A stretch of DNA of 63,171 nt, the filler included, from Octopus bimaculoides (taxonomy: Eukaryota), in the NCBI RefSeq assembly GCF_001194135.2. It is 6 parts of 4 records of this genome, joined end to end, with 100 filler letters (N's around TTAATTAATTAA, not from the genome) between each part and the next. Parts side by side here need not be neighbours in the genome. Positions count along the whole stretch, not along the records: positions 24,294 to 31,848 come from NC_068981.1; positions 31,949 to 37,407 come from NC_068981.1; positions 37,508 to 50,488 come from NC_068996.1; 3 more parts are not named here. The stretch is one strand, 5' to 3'. The notes beneath the pieces were generated by a model. It made no database searches, had not been told where the DNA came from, and saw only the letters and a program-made list of their open reading frames with translations. Below are positions 25,106 to 37,880 of this stretch, piece by piece (positions within the stretch are counted from its first letter, which is position 1; each line of letters begins with the position of its first letter). A program made the translations under genes and the position numbers.

Positions 25106-26089
25106 AGAGATGTGCACAAAACCAGTCCCAAAAACCAGTGAACCATGACAGACTAGCTCACAGACCAACCAAAAATAAAAATAAAATTTAAAAAATCCCT
25201 TTTAACTCTTCCTTCCTCCCACCCCAGCTAACCANNNNNNNNNNNNNNNNNNNNNNNNNNNNNNNNNNNNNNNNNNNNNNNNNNNNNNNNNNNNNNNNNN
25301 NNNNNNNNNNNNNNNNNNNNNNNNNNNNNNNNNNNNNNNNNNNNNNNNNNNNNNNNNNNNNNNNNNNNNNNNNNNNNNNNNNNNNNNNNNNNNNNNNNNN
25401 NNNNNNNNNNNNNNNNNNNNNNNNNNNNNNNNNNNNNNNNNNNNNNNNNNNNNNNNNNNNNNNNNNNNNNNNNNNNNNNNNNNNNNNNNNNNNNNNNNNN
25501 NNNNNNNNNNNNNNNNNNNNNNNNNNNNNNNNNNNNNNNNNNNNNNNNNNNNNNNNNNNNNNNNNNNNNNNNNNNNNNNNNNNNNNNNNNNNNNNNNNNN
25601 NNNNNNNNNNNNNNNNNNNNNNNNNNNNNNNNNNNNNNNNNNNNNNNNNNNNNNNNNNNNNNNNNNNNNNNNNNNNNNNNNNNNNNNNNNNNNNNNNNNN
25701 NNNNNNNNNNNNNNNNNNNNNNNNNNNNNNNNNNNNNNNNNNNNNNNNNNNNNNNNNNNNNNNNNNNNNNNNNNNNNNNNNNNNNNNNNNNNNNNNNNNN
25801 NNNNNNNNNNNNNNNNNNNNNNNNNNNNNNNNNNNNNNNNNNNNNNNNNNNNNNNNNNNNNNNNNNNNNNNNNNNNNNNNNNNNNNNNNNNNNNNNNNNN
25901 NNNNNNNNNNNNNNNNNNNNNNNNNNNNNNNNNNNNNNNNNNNNNNNNNNNNNNNNNNNNNNNNNNNNNNNNNNNNNNNNNNNNNNNNNNNNNNNNNNNN
26001 NNNNNNNNNNNNNNNNNNNNNNNNNNNNNNNNNNNNNNNNNNNNNNNNNNNNNNNNNNNNNNTATATATACATACATACATATAAATTT

Positions 26090-26711
26090 CACATGGGCAA
26101 TTCTTTCTTGTCTTGGGATTCACAGTCAAACGGCCGGGTGGAATTACACGAAAAATTATACAGATATGTAGAATGATCCGGTGGTGATGCTGGGCTTTGT
26201 ATTTTTGTAGCTCCCATGGTTACCTAAAAATCTATTATAATAATACTCTTGTCTTTATGAATGAGAAAGGAATTAGTGATAGCTGAATAAGGAAGGAAGG
26301 GGCGATGTCATACCTGATAGTGGGATGATGAAAATTGTACACTGAAAAAATAAATCAAACAGCGTTTCAACTCTCTGTGAAAATATGTGTGTTTATGTAA
26401 AAAGGGGTATGTGAATGTCTGTGTGCGTGTGTGTGTGTGTATTTGTTTGTGTGTGTGCATGTGCGCGCGCAATGGAAGTGGGATGGTTCACCTTTGTTAA
26501 CTTAATATTTGGGTTTATTTTTTGATTTGGTTCAATCCTGGTTCTTTTTTTCTTTTCGTTCGTCAGTTACCTTTAGCATTTTGAAAGAAAAACGTCATTC
26601 TAAAACTGTGTTTTAACGTAAACCTGCTCAGACAAGTCGAATGCTTACACACAGCAGGTTTTACGTTCACATCATCCAAACCGACCGGGTGAAACTGGGC
26701 TTAGATGCTAG
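26090..26711 (+). mobile_element. Non-autonomous Helitron-like element (3' end clear)
   Basis: Subterminal hairpin CCGG-GTGAAA-CTGG followed 9 nt later by CTAG/T at 26708-26712. The 5' limit is uncertain. Confidence 0.45.
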
Positions 26712-27668
26712 TATATATATATATATNNNNNNNNNNCTCTCTCTATATATATATTTCTCTCTGACTCCGTCTGTATATCTTTAACTCTCTCCACTCCCTC
26801 TTTCTCCTGCTCTCTTGTGATACTGAATGTTCGTTGCCAACTGTTTCAATATGAATAAGGCATTCAGAAGACTCTCAATCTGTGTAGAATCCCATTGTAA
26901 ATTTACAATAGTATTGTTGTCTTAATGACTTGGTGCTGAGGAGAGTTTTACACAAATCTAATTAAAAGTGCTGCATCATCCAGAGGAGTTGAAAGTAAGA
27001 ATGTGTTGTTCAAACATTATATGATTATCTTATCATTCTTAATGCTTCGGGAGCCAGAGGGTAAGGCTTTTACTATGACCACGATATGACTATAAGCATG
27101 TGAAGGAATCTTGACGCAAAAAAAAAAACAGATATTCTGACCGTTATACAGTTCTGGTGTCACTCTGTTGTAAGAAGTCATGCCTCGTTTTGATCTAAAT
27201 TATTGAGGATAATTTCCCATTTATTCTAGGCTAGTCGACGGCAAGATCCAACGAACATACAATTTACTATACGTACGGATATTTTTCTGTCATTCGTTAA
27301 TCGAAAGAAATGTTAGAAATACATACATACATACATACATACGTGCAAACACTCACATATATATATGTATGCGTATGTACAAATGTATATATGTATGTAT
27401 GAATAGGTAGGTAGGCGGTAGGCAATTAGATAGGTTTATCAAATATATAAACATATATAAATGAAATTATTCAGAAAAGAAATTGAATTCTTGTATGTGC
27501 AGCACCAAACTGTCTCTACCATCGCGTAACTCTGGTAGAGTGCAGTGCTGCGGCGTCTTTTAAAATCAACTACATAACATATTTTAATTACTTTGTTATA
27601 GATGCTAGTGCGAGCCTGCGTTTAGTACACCTGGGGATATCTTGCATTTTTACCATATATATATGCAT

Positions 27669-27699
<31 letters not shown>

Positions 27700-28025
27700 N
27701 NNNNNNNNNNNNNNNNNNNNNNNNNNNNNNNNNNNNNNNNNNNNNNNNNNNNNNNNNNNNNNNNNNNNNNNNNNNNNNNNNNNNNNNNNNNNNNNNNNNN
27801 NNNNNNNNNNNNNNNNNNNNNNNNNNNNNNNNNNNNNNNNNNNNNNNNNNNNNNNNNNNNNNNNNNNNNNNNNNNNNNNNNNNNNNNNNNNNNNNNNNNN
27901 NNNNNNNNNNNNNNNNNNNNNNNNNNNNNNNNNNNNNNNNNNNNNNNNNNNNNNNNNNNNNNNNNNNNNNNNNNNNNNNNNNNNNNNNNNNNNNNNNNNN
28001 NNNNNNNNNNNNNNNNNNNNNNNNN

Positions 28026-28052
28026 TAATAATAATAATAATAATAATAATAA

Positions 28053-28083
<31 letters not shown>

Positions 28084-28131
28084 AAGAAGAAGAAGAAGAA
28101 GAAGAAGAAGAAGAAGAAGAAGAAGAAGAAG

Positions 28132-28162
<31 letters not shown>
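28026..28162. repeat. (AAT)n(AAG)n microsatellite
   Basis: Directly visible. Confidence 0.95.
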
Positions 28163-29660
28163 TCTTGTGAAATTTATTTTTCAAATTAGCAAAGCTAGGA
28201 TACAGGTGTCTTTTTCATGTAGTAAGAACTCCACTTTACGTGTGTTATATTCAGCAGTGCTCAGTGTCAACAATATTAAATTTACTTCAATCTCTACGTA
28301 TAACTTTCTAAATATAGATCACCTTCATCAAAAGACGTCCATCAAATTGTATGCTTCCATCTATGAAAATCTTCACGAAATTATCTGTGAAATTTGTGCA
28401 ACAATTCAGCCGGGAGTTATTTGATCGTTCAAATACTAAAACATTTCAAACTACGTTCTATAATATGTGACAATGTTCTACCGATGCAGCAGTCGTCACA
28501 ACGGGATGGATAATTGCTGCCGAAATGAAACACCACGTTTGAGGACCATCCAGTTTATGTTTTATTTTATTTTGCTTTTGATTACAACAGTATTGTTTCA
28601 GATGACTGTTTTTGAACATAGTCAAATGATCTATGAACTTCTTTAGGTGAAGCGGATAAATGGACAGTCTCAACGTTTAAGAAAAAGAAATATAGAGTCA
28701 CGTCACACTTCTTGACCTTGATTTTTCGGTACAAATCCTGACAAACCATTTTTGTCCGCCGTTCACATCTCCGAGTTTCCGATCTCTAGATCTTTTAATT
28801 CGAAATTTAAAATCCACCCTGATACTGTGTAGTATCTTTAAATATGCGCTCCGTGTTGCCTTCCCAAACTCTAGAAGCGTTGAAATTAGGGTGTTGATCA
28901 GTGAACAAGAATCAATTTGAAGAGAAATATTTCATTCAATTGTCTGCGAAAAAATATCTTTTAGGTTTACATGTTTCAGTCACTAGACTCCAATCGTGCA
29001 GGAGCAACCCTTGATGGGCTAAGTCGAAGAAATCGACCCCCGTACGTTTTTTAAGCTTAGTTCATACACACATGCGCGTGAACACCTAGTTGTACTGCAA
29101 GCATAATAAATAGTAGCAAAACATTGCATAATGATCTGGTATATATTAAAAAGGACGAGCTATGAAAGAAGACACAATCTTCTGCTATATATCTGTTGAA
29201 CCTGAATCATCCACATGATAAATCAACAATAGATGCAACGTTTTCCAAATACTTCTCCCACTGTACTGGCCTTAAGTTTTTAAATTTTCCTTCTATATAA
29301 ATTTACTTATGTATGTCAGAAGCAGAGTCAATAACATATAGAATTATACTTAACTATATTTAAATATAATTAATCAAGTTAAATATACTTCTTTGTATAA
29401 GTATATCTGCAAGATAATAAATTTATAGTCCATTATAGAACGTTTGAATATCCTAACATACAAGGTATGCGATATCAGCTTTTTAGCCTCATAGGGAAAC
29501 AATTTTTGCAACGTATGTGTGTTAATATATGTATTTTTTGAGTTTTTGAATTGAATTTTATAGTCGCTCGTGACTTCAGTGTTAGAGTAGGGGATTTGTA
29601 CTCTGTGGTTGCTAGTCACATACTCACATATTTCAGTGAGTATAAGCGAGCGTACGAGTG

Positions 29661-29691
<31 letters not shown>

Positions 29692-29701
29692 NNNNNNNNN
29701 N

Positions 29702-29754
<53 letters not shown>

Positions 29755-30140
29755 GTATGTGTATGTATGTGTGTAAGCGTATAGATCTATAGCTGTGTGT
29801 TCATACGGGTAAGAATAGAATGTCATGAACGTATCTTTGATTATTTATTGCTATATTAAATATCAAATTATTAGAAAGTGTAGTTAATTTAGAATGTGAG
29901 GGAAAACAATAAACTGACACGAAAAATCATGAAGCGAAAACATATTTTTCTTTGATTTTTCATTTACAAGATATATATAATTGCGTATTGGAATAAAAAA
30001 CACCTTCGTTGAATAAAGTTCATTTCATGAAGTAAGGTTATCAGAATGTGAATTGTGTCGAGTCTGCAGAAAAAGATATTTCTGAACCTGCACATAAATA
30101 CACACATATATGGATATATACGTATAATATATATATATGC

Positions 30141-30188
<48 letters not shown>

Positions 30189-30821
30189 NNNNNNNNNNNN
30201 NNNNNNNNNNNNNNNNNNNNNNNNNNNNNNNNNNNNNNNNNNNNNNNNNNNNNNNNNNNNNNNNNNNNNNNNNNNNNNNNNNNNNNNNNNNNNNNNNNNN
30301 NNNNNNNNNNNNNNNNNNNNNNNNNNNNNNNNNNNNNNNNNNNNNNNNNNNNNNNNNNNNNNNNNNNNNNNNNNNNNNNNNNNNNNNNNNNNNNNNNNNN
30401 NNNNNNNNNNNNNNNNNNNNNNNNNNNNNNNNNNNNNNNNNNNNNNNNNNNNNNNNNNNNNNNNNNNNNNNNNNNNNNNNNNNNNNNNNNNNNNNNNNNN
30501 NNNNNNNNNNNNNNNNNNNNNNNNNNNNNNNNNNNNNNNNNNNNNNNNNNNNNNNNNNNNNNNNNNNNNNNNNNNNNNNNNNNNNNNNNNNNNNNNNNNN
30601 NNNNNNNNNNNNNNNNNNNNNNNNNNNNNNNNNNNNNNNNNNNNNNNNNNNNNNNNNNNNNNNNNNNNNNNNNNNNNNNNNNNNNNNNNNNNNNNNNNNN
30701 NNNNNNNNNNNNNNNNNNNNNNNNNNNNNNNNNNNNNNNNNNNNNNNNNNNNNNNNNNNNNNNNNNNNNNNNNNNNNNNNNNNNNTAAAACATATATATA
30801 TGCGTGTTTGTGTGTGTGTGT

Positions 30822-30875
<54 letters not shown>

Positions 30876-31046
30876 CATTGTACATTGTGTTGGCTAGAAA
30901 GTATTTTCGGGTTTTTAGTGAAATAAATGGCAATTTTTTCTTCATACAATAAATAAACTCTAATCAGTTATATATTTTTCATTTTGTTCGATGACCTTTT
31001 GTTCGATGACCTTCATTTTTCTGCGTTCGTAGACCTTTTGGTAGTT

Positions 31047-31234
31047 ATCAGAATAATGTATCTGTATTGTTTTACATATGCTAAGTTTGAAAAACTTGAG
31101 ATACCAACATTTGTTTAATTAATTAATTAAGCAAATCTTGGTATCTCAAGTTTTGCAATTAATTAAGCAAATCTTGGTATCTCAAGTTTTGCAAACTTAG
31201 CATATGTAAAACAATGCTGATACATTATTCTGAT
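31047..31234. repeat. Spacer-less palindrome with a 36-bp tandem duplication in the right arm
   Basis: Arms are centred on TTAATTAA; AATTAATTAAGCAAATCTTGGTATCTCAAGTTTTGC occurs twice. Confidence 0.85.
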
Positions 31235-31948
31235 TAATGAAATCTATGAATAAACATTTACTATATCTGTACACAATATAGCAACTTTATTTTATAAACT
31301 TCCCCTGCTCTATTATAAACTGGCCTGCTAGCTGAGAAAACCCCGCCATCTATAGTAGTTTGTCACTAAACCCAAAGAAATTTTATAACCATATCATCCA
31401 TGTATATATTTACCCCTTTCCCTTTCCCTATAAACAAAAGGCTACTGAAATATTAAGCTTTGAACCACTATGTCTGATAAGATGATCCATAAATCAGAAA
31501 AAAAAACAAAAACAAATGAAATCAGTGACAGTTAAAAATCTGCTTAGAATTAATTACTAGACTGTATGGTCTGGCTAAGTCAAAATGGTTTTTGTATTCT
31601 TCCTTTCTACTTGGAGAGTTTAAATCTGGTTACAAAAATATGTCCTTCTGTTCAAATGAAATTTCAGGAAATTTCTATATCATTGTGCATCTGAGGATTG
31701 CTCTGCATTTTACATTTGATGTAATGTTTACATTGCTTAAATAAATGGAGTCACATGAAACGATCGTACTGCATTAACTTTGGATATCCTTGTTGTTTAT
31801 TTTGATATATATATATATATATATATATAAAGTGTAGTATATTGCCACNNNNNNNNNNNNNNNNNNNNNNNNNNNNNNNNNNNNNNNNNNNNTTAATTAA
31901 TTAANNNNNNNNNNNNNNNNNNNNNNNNNNNNNNNNNNNNNNNNNNNN

Positions 31949-32335
31949 GTAGTATATTGTCAACTTAATGTGACAATCCCAATAAGGGAATACACTACTG
32001 CTGTTTAGCCCTAGGAAGCTGGACTGCTTCCTGTCGGCCTTGACACAATTACTGTGTCCTTAAGTTTGTGAAGGGGAGACAAGCTCCCCCACCCAGCCTA
32101 GCCAGCATTCAGGGACATGTTTCTGAGTCTTTGCTCGTCATCAGCCTGAAGTAGCTTGCCAGTCGGATAGAGAGGCCTGTTTCTAAATCTCCCAGGGGAG
32201 CTTGTCTCCACTTCACAAACTTAAGGACACAGTAATTGTGTCAAGGCCGACAGGAAGCGTTCCAGCTTCCTAGGGCTAAACAGCAGTAGTGTATTCCCTT
32301 ATTGGGATTGTCACATTAAGTTGACAATATACTAC
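31949..32335. mobile_element. Foldback element with 141-bp inverted arms and a 105-bp spacer; probable Penelope-like pLTR with an inverted partial copy
   Basis: Arms 31949-32089 and 32195-32335 are reverse complements with about 3 mismatches. The spacer holds a hammerhead motif. The left edge abuts a gap. Confidence 0.8.
32108..32150 (-). ncRNA. Minimal type I hammerhead ribozyme motif
   Basis: Minus strand reads ttcagg-CTGATGA-c-GAG-caaaga-CTC-a-GAA-ACATGT-C-cctgaa. It has a 6-bp stem I, the canonical core, a 3-bp stem II with a C.A mismatch at its base, a palindromic stem III and a GUC cleavage triplet. Confidence 0.8.
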
Positions 32336-32540
32336 AACTTTGTCGCTCCACTACTGCTTAAATCTCTCTCCACATCTGCCACCCCACTTTATTTCTCACA
32401 CTTATGCTTTGGTAAACTTACTATCTATCATGCAAGCTCGTACTCTCTAGTGTATAAATATTTGCTCTCACTTAATGAAACACAGAACATACTTTCATAT
32501 CATACATAGACTTTCTTTCTAACTCATATTCTTTCTCTCG

Positions 32541-32594
<54 letters not shown>

Positions 32595-35500
32595 CGCACA
32601 GACACACACACACACACACACACACACAGAATCATTGGTTCGTAGACTTAATTTCTCACCTGGTTAATACTCCTACTTGAACCTCTTTAATAGAGTCTAC
32701 TCTGTGGGAAGTATACTGGCCAGGTCTACTGTCTGAGGATAATTTTCTGCATTTTTCTTACCAGTTCACATGTTCCTAAGAGTGTCACGACGCCTCTCTT
32801 TTTCTCCTGAAAATATCATGTAAGAACGTACAACACATGCTCCCCCAAATACATATATTTTCATCCCATCCCGCTCTCTTTCACTCTCTCAAACACACGC
32901 ATATAGAACTACAGTTTTTAATATTCTCTACGTCTCATGCACTACATACTCACAAGTACACATATTCCTACGCATATAAATTGTCTTTCACATGTAAACT
33001 CGCGCATGCGCGCTGCGCGAACACACAATATTTTACGCTTACGTACACAGTGTACATTGTCGCATGTCACACTCGCTTACACACGTCATGTCTAATAAAC
33101 AAAACCATTCTGCCAGTTTTTGTTTTCAGTCCAATGACCTACTACCATCCCTACCTCCATCGGAGCCACCACCGTAGACACTACTGCCGCCACCACCACT
33201 GCTAGCACCACCGTCGCTGTTGCCACAACACCACCGCCACTATTACCAACCCATCAAAGCAGATTTCTATCCGTTAATCAAACTCCATCGGCTATTGACT
33301 GTCATATATTTTATATTTGCATCGACGCTGGTCTCTTTTTAATTCCTTTCTCACTATCATCGTCATCGTCATAGTCAATTTCATCATCAATGTCATCGTC
33401 ATCATTGACGTAATTCTCAGAAGAATCCGTGCAACAAAATATGACGAAGCTGGACGTTTAAATTACAGATATGATCCACCTGACGGGCTTCCACACGGTT
33501 TCTATCAACCAAATTTTACTCACAGGGTATAAGTCGACCCGAAGTCATGTAGAAAATGACAATCGACAAAGATGCCTAGCTGTGCAATAGAACCTAAGAC
33601 TTAGTAATTCCTAAGCTTTTGGTTACACAGCGCCTACGCATATACACACACATACACACATACACACTCTCACACACATACACATACGTATTCACCCAAA
33701 CATACACACGTGCACACACACACACACACACACGCACAAACCATTCAAAGCGCTCTCATATCGCTTTATATCCTTTTAAATAAAGAAAAGAATATTAGTT
33801 AATGCATTGTATTCTACATGAATGGAACATCTATCGGCCTCAACACTCAGTAGTAATGTGTACAATGAGGAAACCACCAACTCATTGAGTAATAGTTTCG
33901 GTGGCTGAGTACAATGCTTACTTTAGCTCGATATTGCTTGATTCTAAGGGCAAGATGAGCTAAAATTAATTGTTGTTAGACACTTGCAATGAGGGTGAAG
34001 GCTCTGTCTTGCAGAAGCTCCACTAATTAGTAAATAAATGTATTCCAATTTGGTCGAAATAATTATGTGGATGAAACGTGGGACGTTACAGTCGTTGTTA
34101 TTGTTGCTTTTTTCAGTCCAGATTAGCTATAATCGAGTAGAGCTGTGATTAAATGTATTCAAAACAATATTTCAAGTTACTTCTTGTCATTGTATCCCAA
34201 AATGTAGATTATCCAAAATATATCCATTGTTATATGTATCTTCAATGCAATCCTCAGCCTCAGTCAGTATCAGTATTGCTGTAACAAGTAAGCATGTGAT
34301 GAAGTTGGCTATTTGAATCATAGGGTAAAATATCAGTCGACATGTTTCAGTTTTCGTTTATCTGACTTTATTCACAAGTCTTAGTCGAGGCGATGTTAAA
34401 TGGCGTTTATCTAAGAGGTCACGCGATTGGATTTAACTCAGAACTGCATGGCAGCGAAGAGAACTTTGAAACAATTTCACCTTGCTTCGTCTAATTGATC
34501 AACTAGAATACTTACTGTTATTTTAGAGGTATGGAGGAAACCTTAGAAGGAAGAAATAATGTGGCTGAGATAATCAAATATATCGAAATTATAAGCGTTG
34601 ACCGGGGTCTAAACAGAAATAGCCAAAACAACATACTTTCCAGTTCCTTTGCGACATGCATATCATGTCGAAAAATTGCTATTATATATTTAATTGTGTT
34701 GTGTTAATTAAAAGAAATGAATGATATTAAATAATTGTTTTTACTTTGTGCAAATTTATGAGAAGTCTTTACATAAGAATATGATTATTTTCACAAGACG
34801 AAAGCATTTCCTAATTATTTCTATTTTAATTTGTTAATAAGATATGAAAAAATAACTTTATGTATTCATTGAGCACCCCCACACATACACATACACATAT
34901 GCACATATATACTTGCACATTTTCAAACACACACATATAAATATATAAATATGTGTGCATGTGTATGTGTGAGTGAACATTTATGTATGTGTAAATATAT
35001 ATATGTGAGTGTATGGCTTGTATCTAAACGTCTACACACATAAGCATACGTATATATATGTAGTATAATATGCTCTTAATCTGCATACATATGCGTATAC
35101 ATACGTATTATTTTAATTTGCTTTCCATTTCATTTCCATTCACTTTTATTGATTTTGTATTTTTTTTTTTTTGTGATTTCATTAACTAGTTTATATTTTC
35201 TTCTATTTCTAAGCTGGGTATATCTATGATTAATTAAAACTTCGTGATAATGGGTTGTTTTATGCATACAATAATGCATACTAATTAGACTTATATCACA
35301 AAAGTTTATAAATATCTTTAATGTGAATAGTATTAATACTTTTATGCAACTGACGGAGATTTTTTAAATTCTATAATGTGATAATTGTGATAGTGAACTG
35401 TAATAAAATAGCGAATACTATACAATACAACTTTAGTTTGGTGCTCTTTGATTCTAAGAACTAGACAAGCTAAAGTTAACAGTCTTTCACTCACAACGGG

Positions 35501-36228
35501 GTCTCTCTCACGCAATCTTCGCTAATTAGTTGCCAAATAAATTTACTCCAATTTGGTCAAAATATTTATATTAATTAGAGACAAGTCATTGTACTTGTTG
35601 CTCTTCTAGCTTTTTCTTCCTCGATCGGCTTTCATCGAGTAGATCTATGATCAAAGCTATTCAAAACAAAACTATTCCATCCTGTTTCCAGTCAGAGTGT
35701 TTCAGATATTACATTATCCAATTTGTCTATCTTTCCATTCTTTAAACGGTAGCTGAAAGGGCCAGACAAAGTGACAGAGTCTCTTGCAATAAACAGCATA
35801 GATAATACGTAAATGACGAGTAGGCCATCCGTTGTTAGCTTCACCAGTTATCTTGTTTTACATGTTGTTATATACTGGATCTTTTGCCTGGAGATGAGAT
35901 ACATTCAGTTTGTCCTTTACTACTGCAATGTATATCTTTCGTAAGCTGATGGCTAACATAAGAAACTGTATGAAAAGATAAACACCGTTCCATAGTTTTC
36001 AATTCATGATACGTTCAATTCAGTAGAGAAATACAGAATTTTTACATACATTACGAAGTAGTGCTTTATAGTGTATACTGTATAACTTCTGTAAAATTAA
36101 GAGATTCAGTCAATTTCAGTAGGAGTTGAAAACAGCTCAAAAATATTTACAGTTTGAAATCTGTGTCAGCACCCTATGAGGATATACATTCATCACCTTA
36201 GCTTTTTTTTATACTATTAAAGATCGAT

Positions 36229-36552
36229 GTGAAGGCGCGCGGCTTAGTGGTTAGGGTGTTCGGCTTACGATCGTAAGATCGTGATTTCAATTCTCGGTGA
36301 CACGTTGTGTCCTTCAGCAAGACACTTTATTTCATATTGCTTCAGTCCACTCAGCTGGAAAAAAAACAAGTAGTATCTATGTTTCAAAGGACCAGCCTTG
36401 TTACATTCTGTATCATGCTGAATCTCACTCAGAACTACTTTAAGGGTACGCATGTTTGTGGAGTACTCAACAACTAGCACGTTAATTTCAGGAGCAGGAC
36501 GTTCCGTTGATCGGATAACCTGGAACGCTCGTTGTCGTAACCGACGGAGTAC
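36229..36552 (+). mobile_element. CORE-like SINE (tail type 1)
   Basis: Colinear with 18768-19090. Confidence 0.85.
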
Positions 36553-37359
36553 CAGTATAAAGATAGATAAATGTGATGCAAAGAGGAAGACTCTAGATGA
36601 TCGCTTTTCAATGAAAATGTCAGACGAATCTAACTAAAAACAGATTCAACTATCATAAACGTAATTTTCTTATAAATCTAAGAATGGTGAAGTGAAATGA
36701 CATGCTTGTTTTATAGAAGAAATGAGGTGATATCGCTTTTCAGGCAATGATAAATGATAAATTCAGTTTAAAATCTGGTCCAAACGGCCAACTGAGTAAA
36801 TGCTCGATGGTGAAATAGTAGAGGAAATGTCAGTAGGTGCACAGAAATGCTAACAAAAACTAAGAAAGAAATTAGAGTAAGAAAAATCAACTCCAGGATT
36901 TGAAGACACATTATATAAAATACAGAAGCCCAACGGAATAAGATATTAAGTAAGAATTTATGAAGTAAACTAATGGATAATTTTAGTGAAATAAAATACG
37001 ACTTTGTGATCGATATCAAATGAATGAACCAATGAAGCTGGAAAACAAGATATAATTAAGCGAAAAGGGATACGATTATGCACTCAACCAACGAATACTG
37101 GATAACAATTGGATTGCTCAACGTAAAGAATTGCACAATTACGTAATTATAAATAAGCAGAATATGATAACAAAACTAACAGGTAGAATAAGACCAACCG
37201 AGGAATAAGTAAATGAAAAGTGATATGACAAGGAAAAAAAAAAACAGAAACATGAAATATAAAAAAACAAAGATCATCTTGCGGCTAGACTACAATAATG
37301 AAGTTAATGAAGGGTGAACAGTAAATAAATTAATAAATAAAAGCTTAAAACAATACATG

Positions 37360-37407
<48 letters not shown>

Positions 37408-37559
37408 NNNNNNNNNNNNNNNNNNNNNNNNNNNNNNNNNNNNNNNNNNNNTTAATTAATTAANNNNNNNNNNNNNNNNNNNNNNNNNNNNNNNNNNNNN
37501 NNNNNNNCGTTGACTTTGTCCGTTCTTCGAGCTACGTCTTTTTTTTGTTTGTTTGTGCG

Positions 37560-37880
37560 CATGTGTGTGGGTCAGTGTTGGTGCACATACACATATGTAT
37601 GTATGTCTTTGGTGATTTTTTGATGGTTTCATTTATGATCTGGCTTTTGTGTATTTTTGGCAGACCATAGAAAAGGCTGGGCTTGCATTTGAAGTTTGTT
37701 AGAAAATCAATCTCCTTGGTTGTCAGTTCATTTCCATGTGTTTTAATTAGTGAGGACAGGGTTTTCATTATTTTTTGTGGGATGTAGTTTGTGACTTTTT
37801 CATAGTGTTGGTTGTCATCCAGCATGGAGATTATTAGGTTTTTATAGTATAATGTGTCCATTATTAAAACTGTAGGTATA
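37560..37880 (-). mobile_element. Fragment of a second Penelope-like RT (N-terminal part)
   Basis: VLIMDTLYY...FYGLPKIHK is the pre-RT core of EN+ PLEs. It sits out of order, downstream of the neighbour's endonuclease. Confidence 0.85.

Noticed and set aside
32837-33532. Thr/Ala-rich and Ile/Val-rich ORFs
   Set aside because: Degenerate (ACC)n and (ATC)n repeats plus a SINE remnant, with no coherent exon structure.
36700-37330. A-rich, LINE-like segment
   Set aside because: Many stops and no recognisable RT or endonuclease motif.
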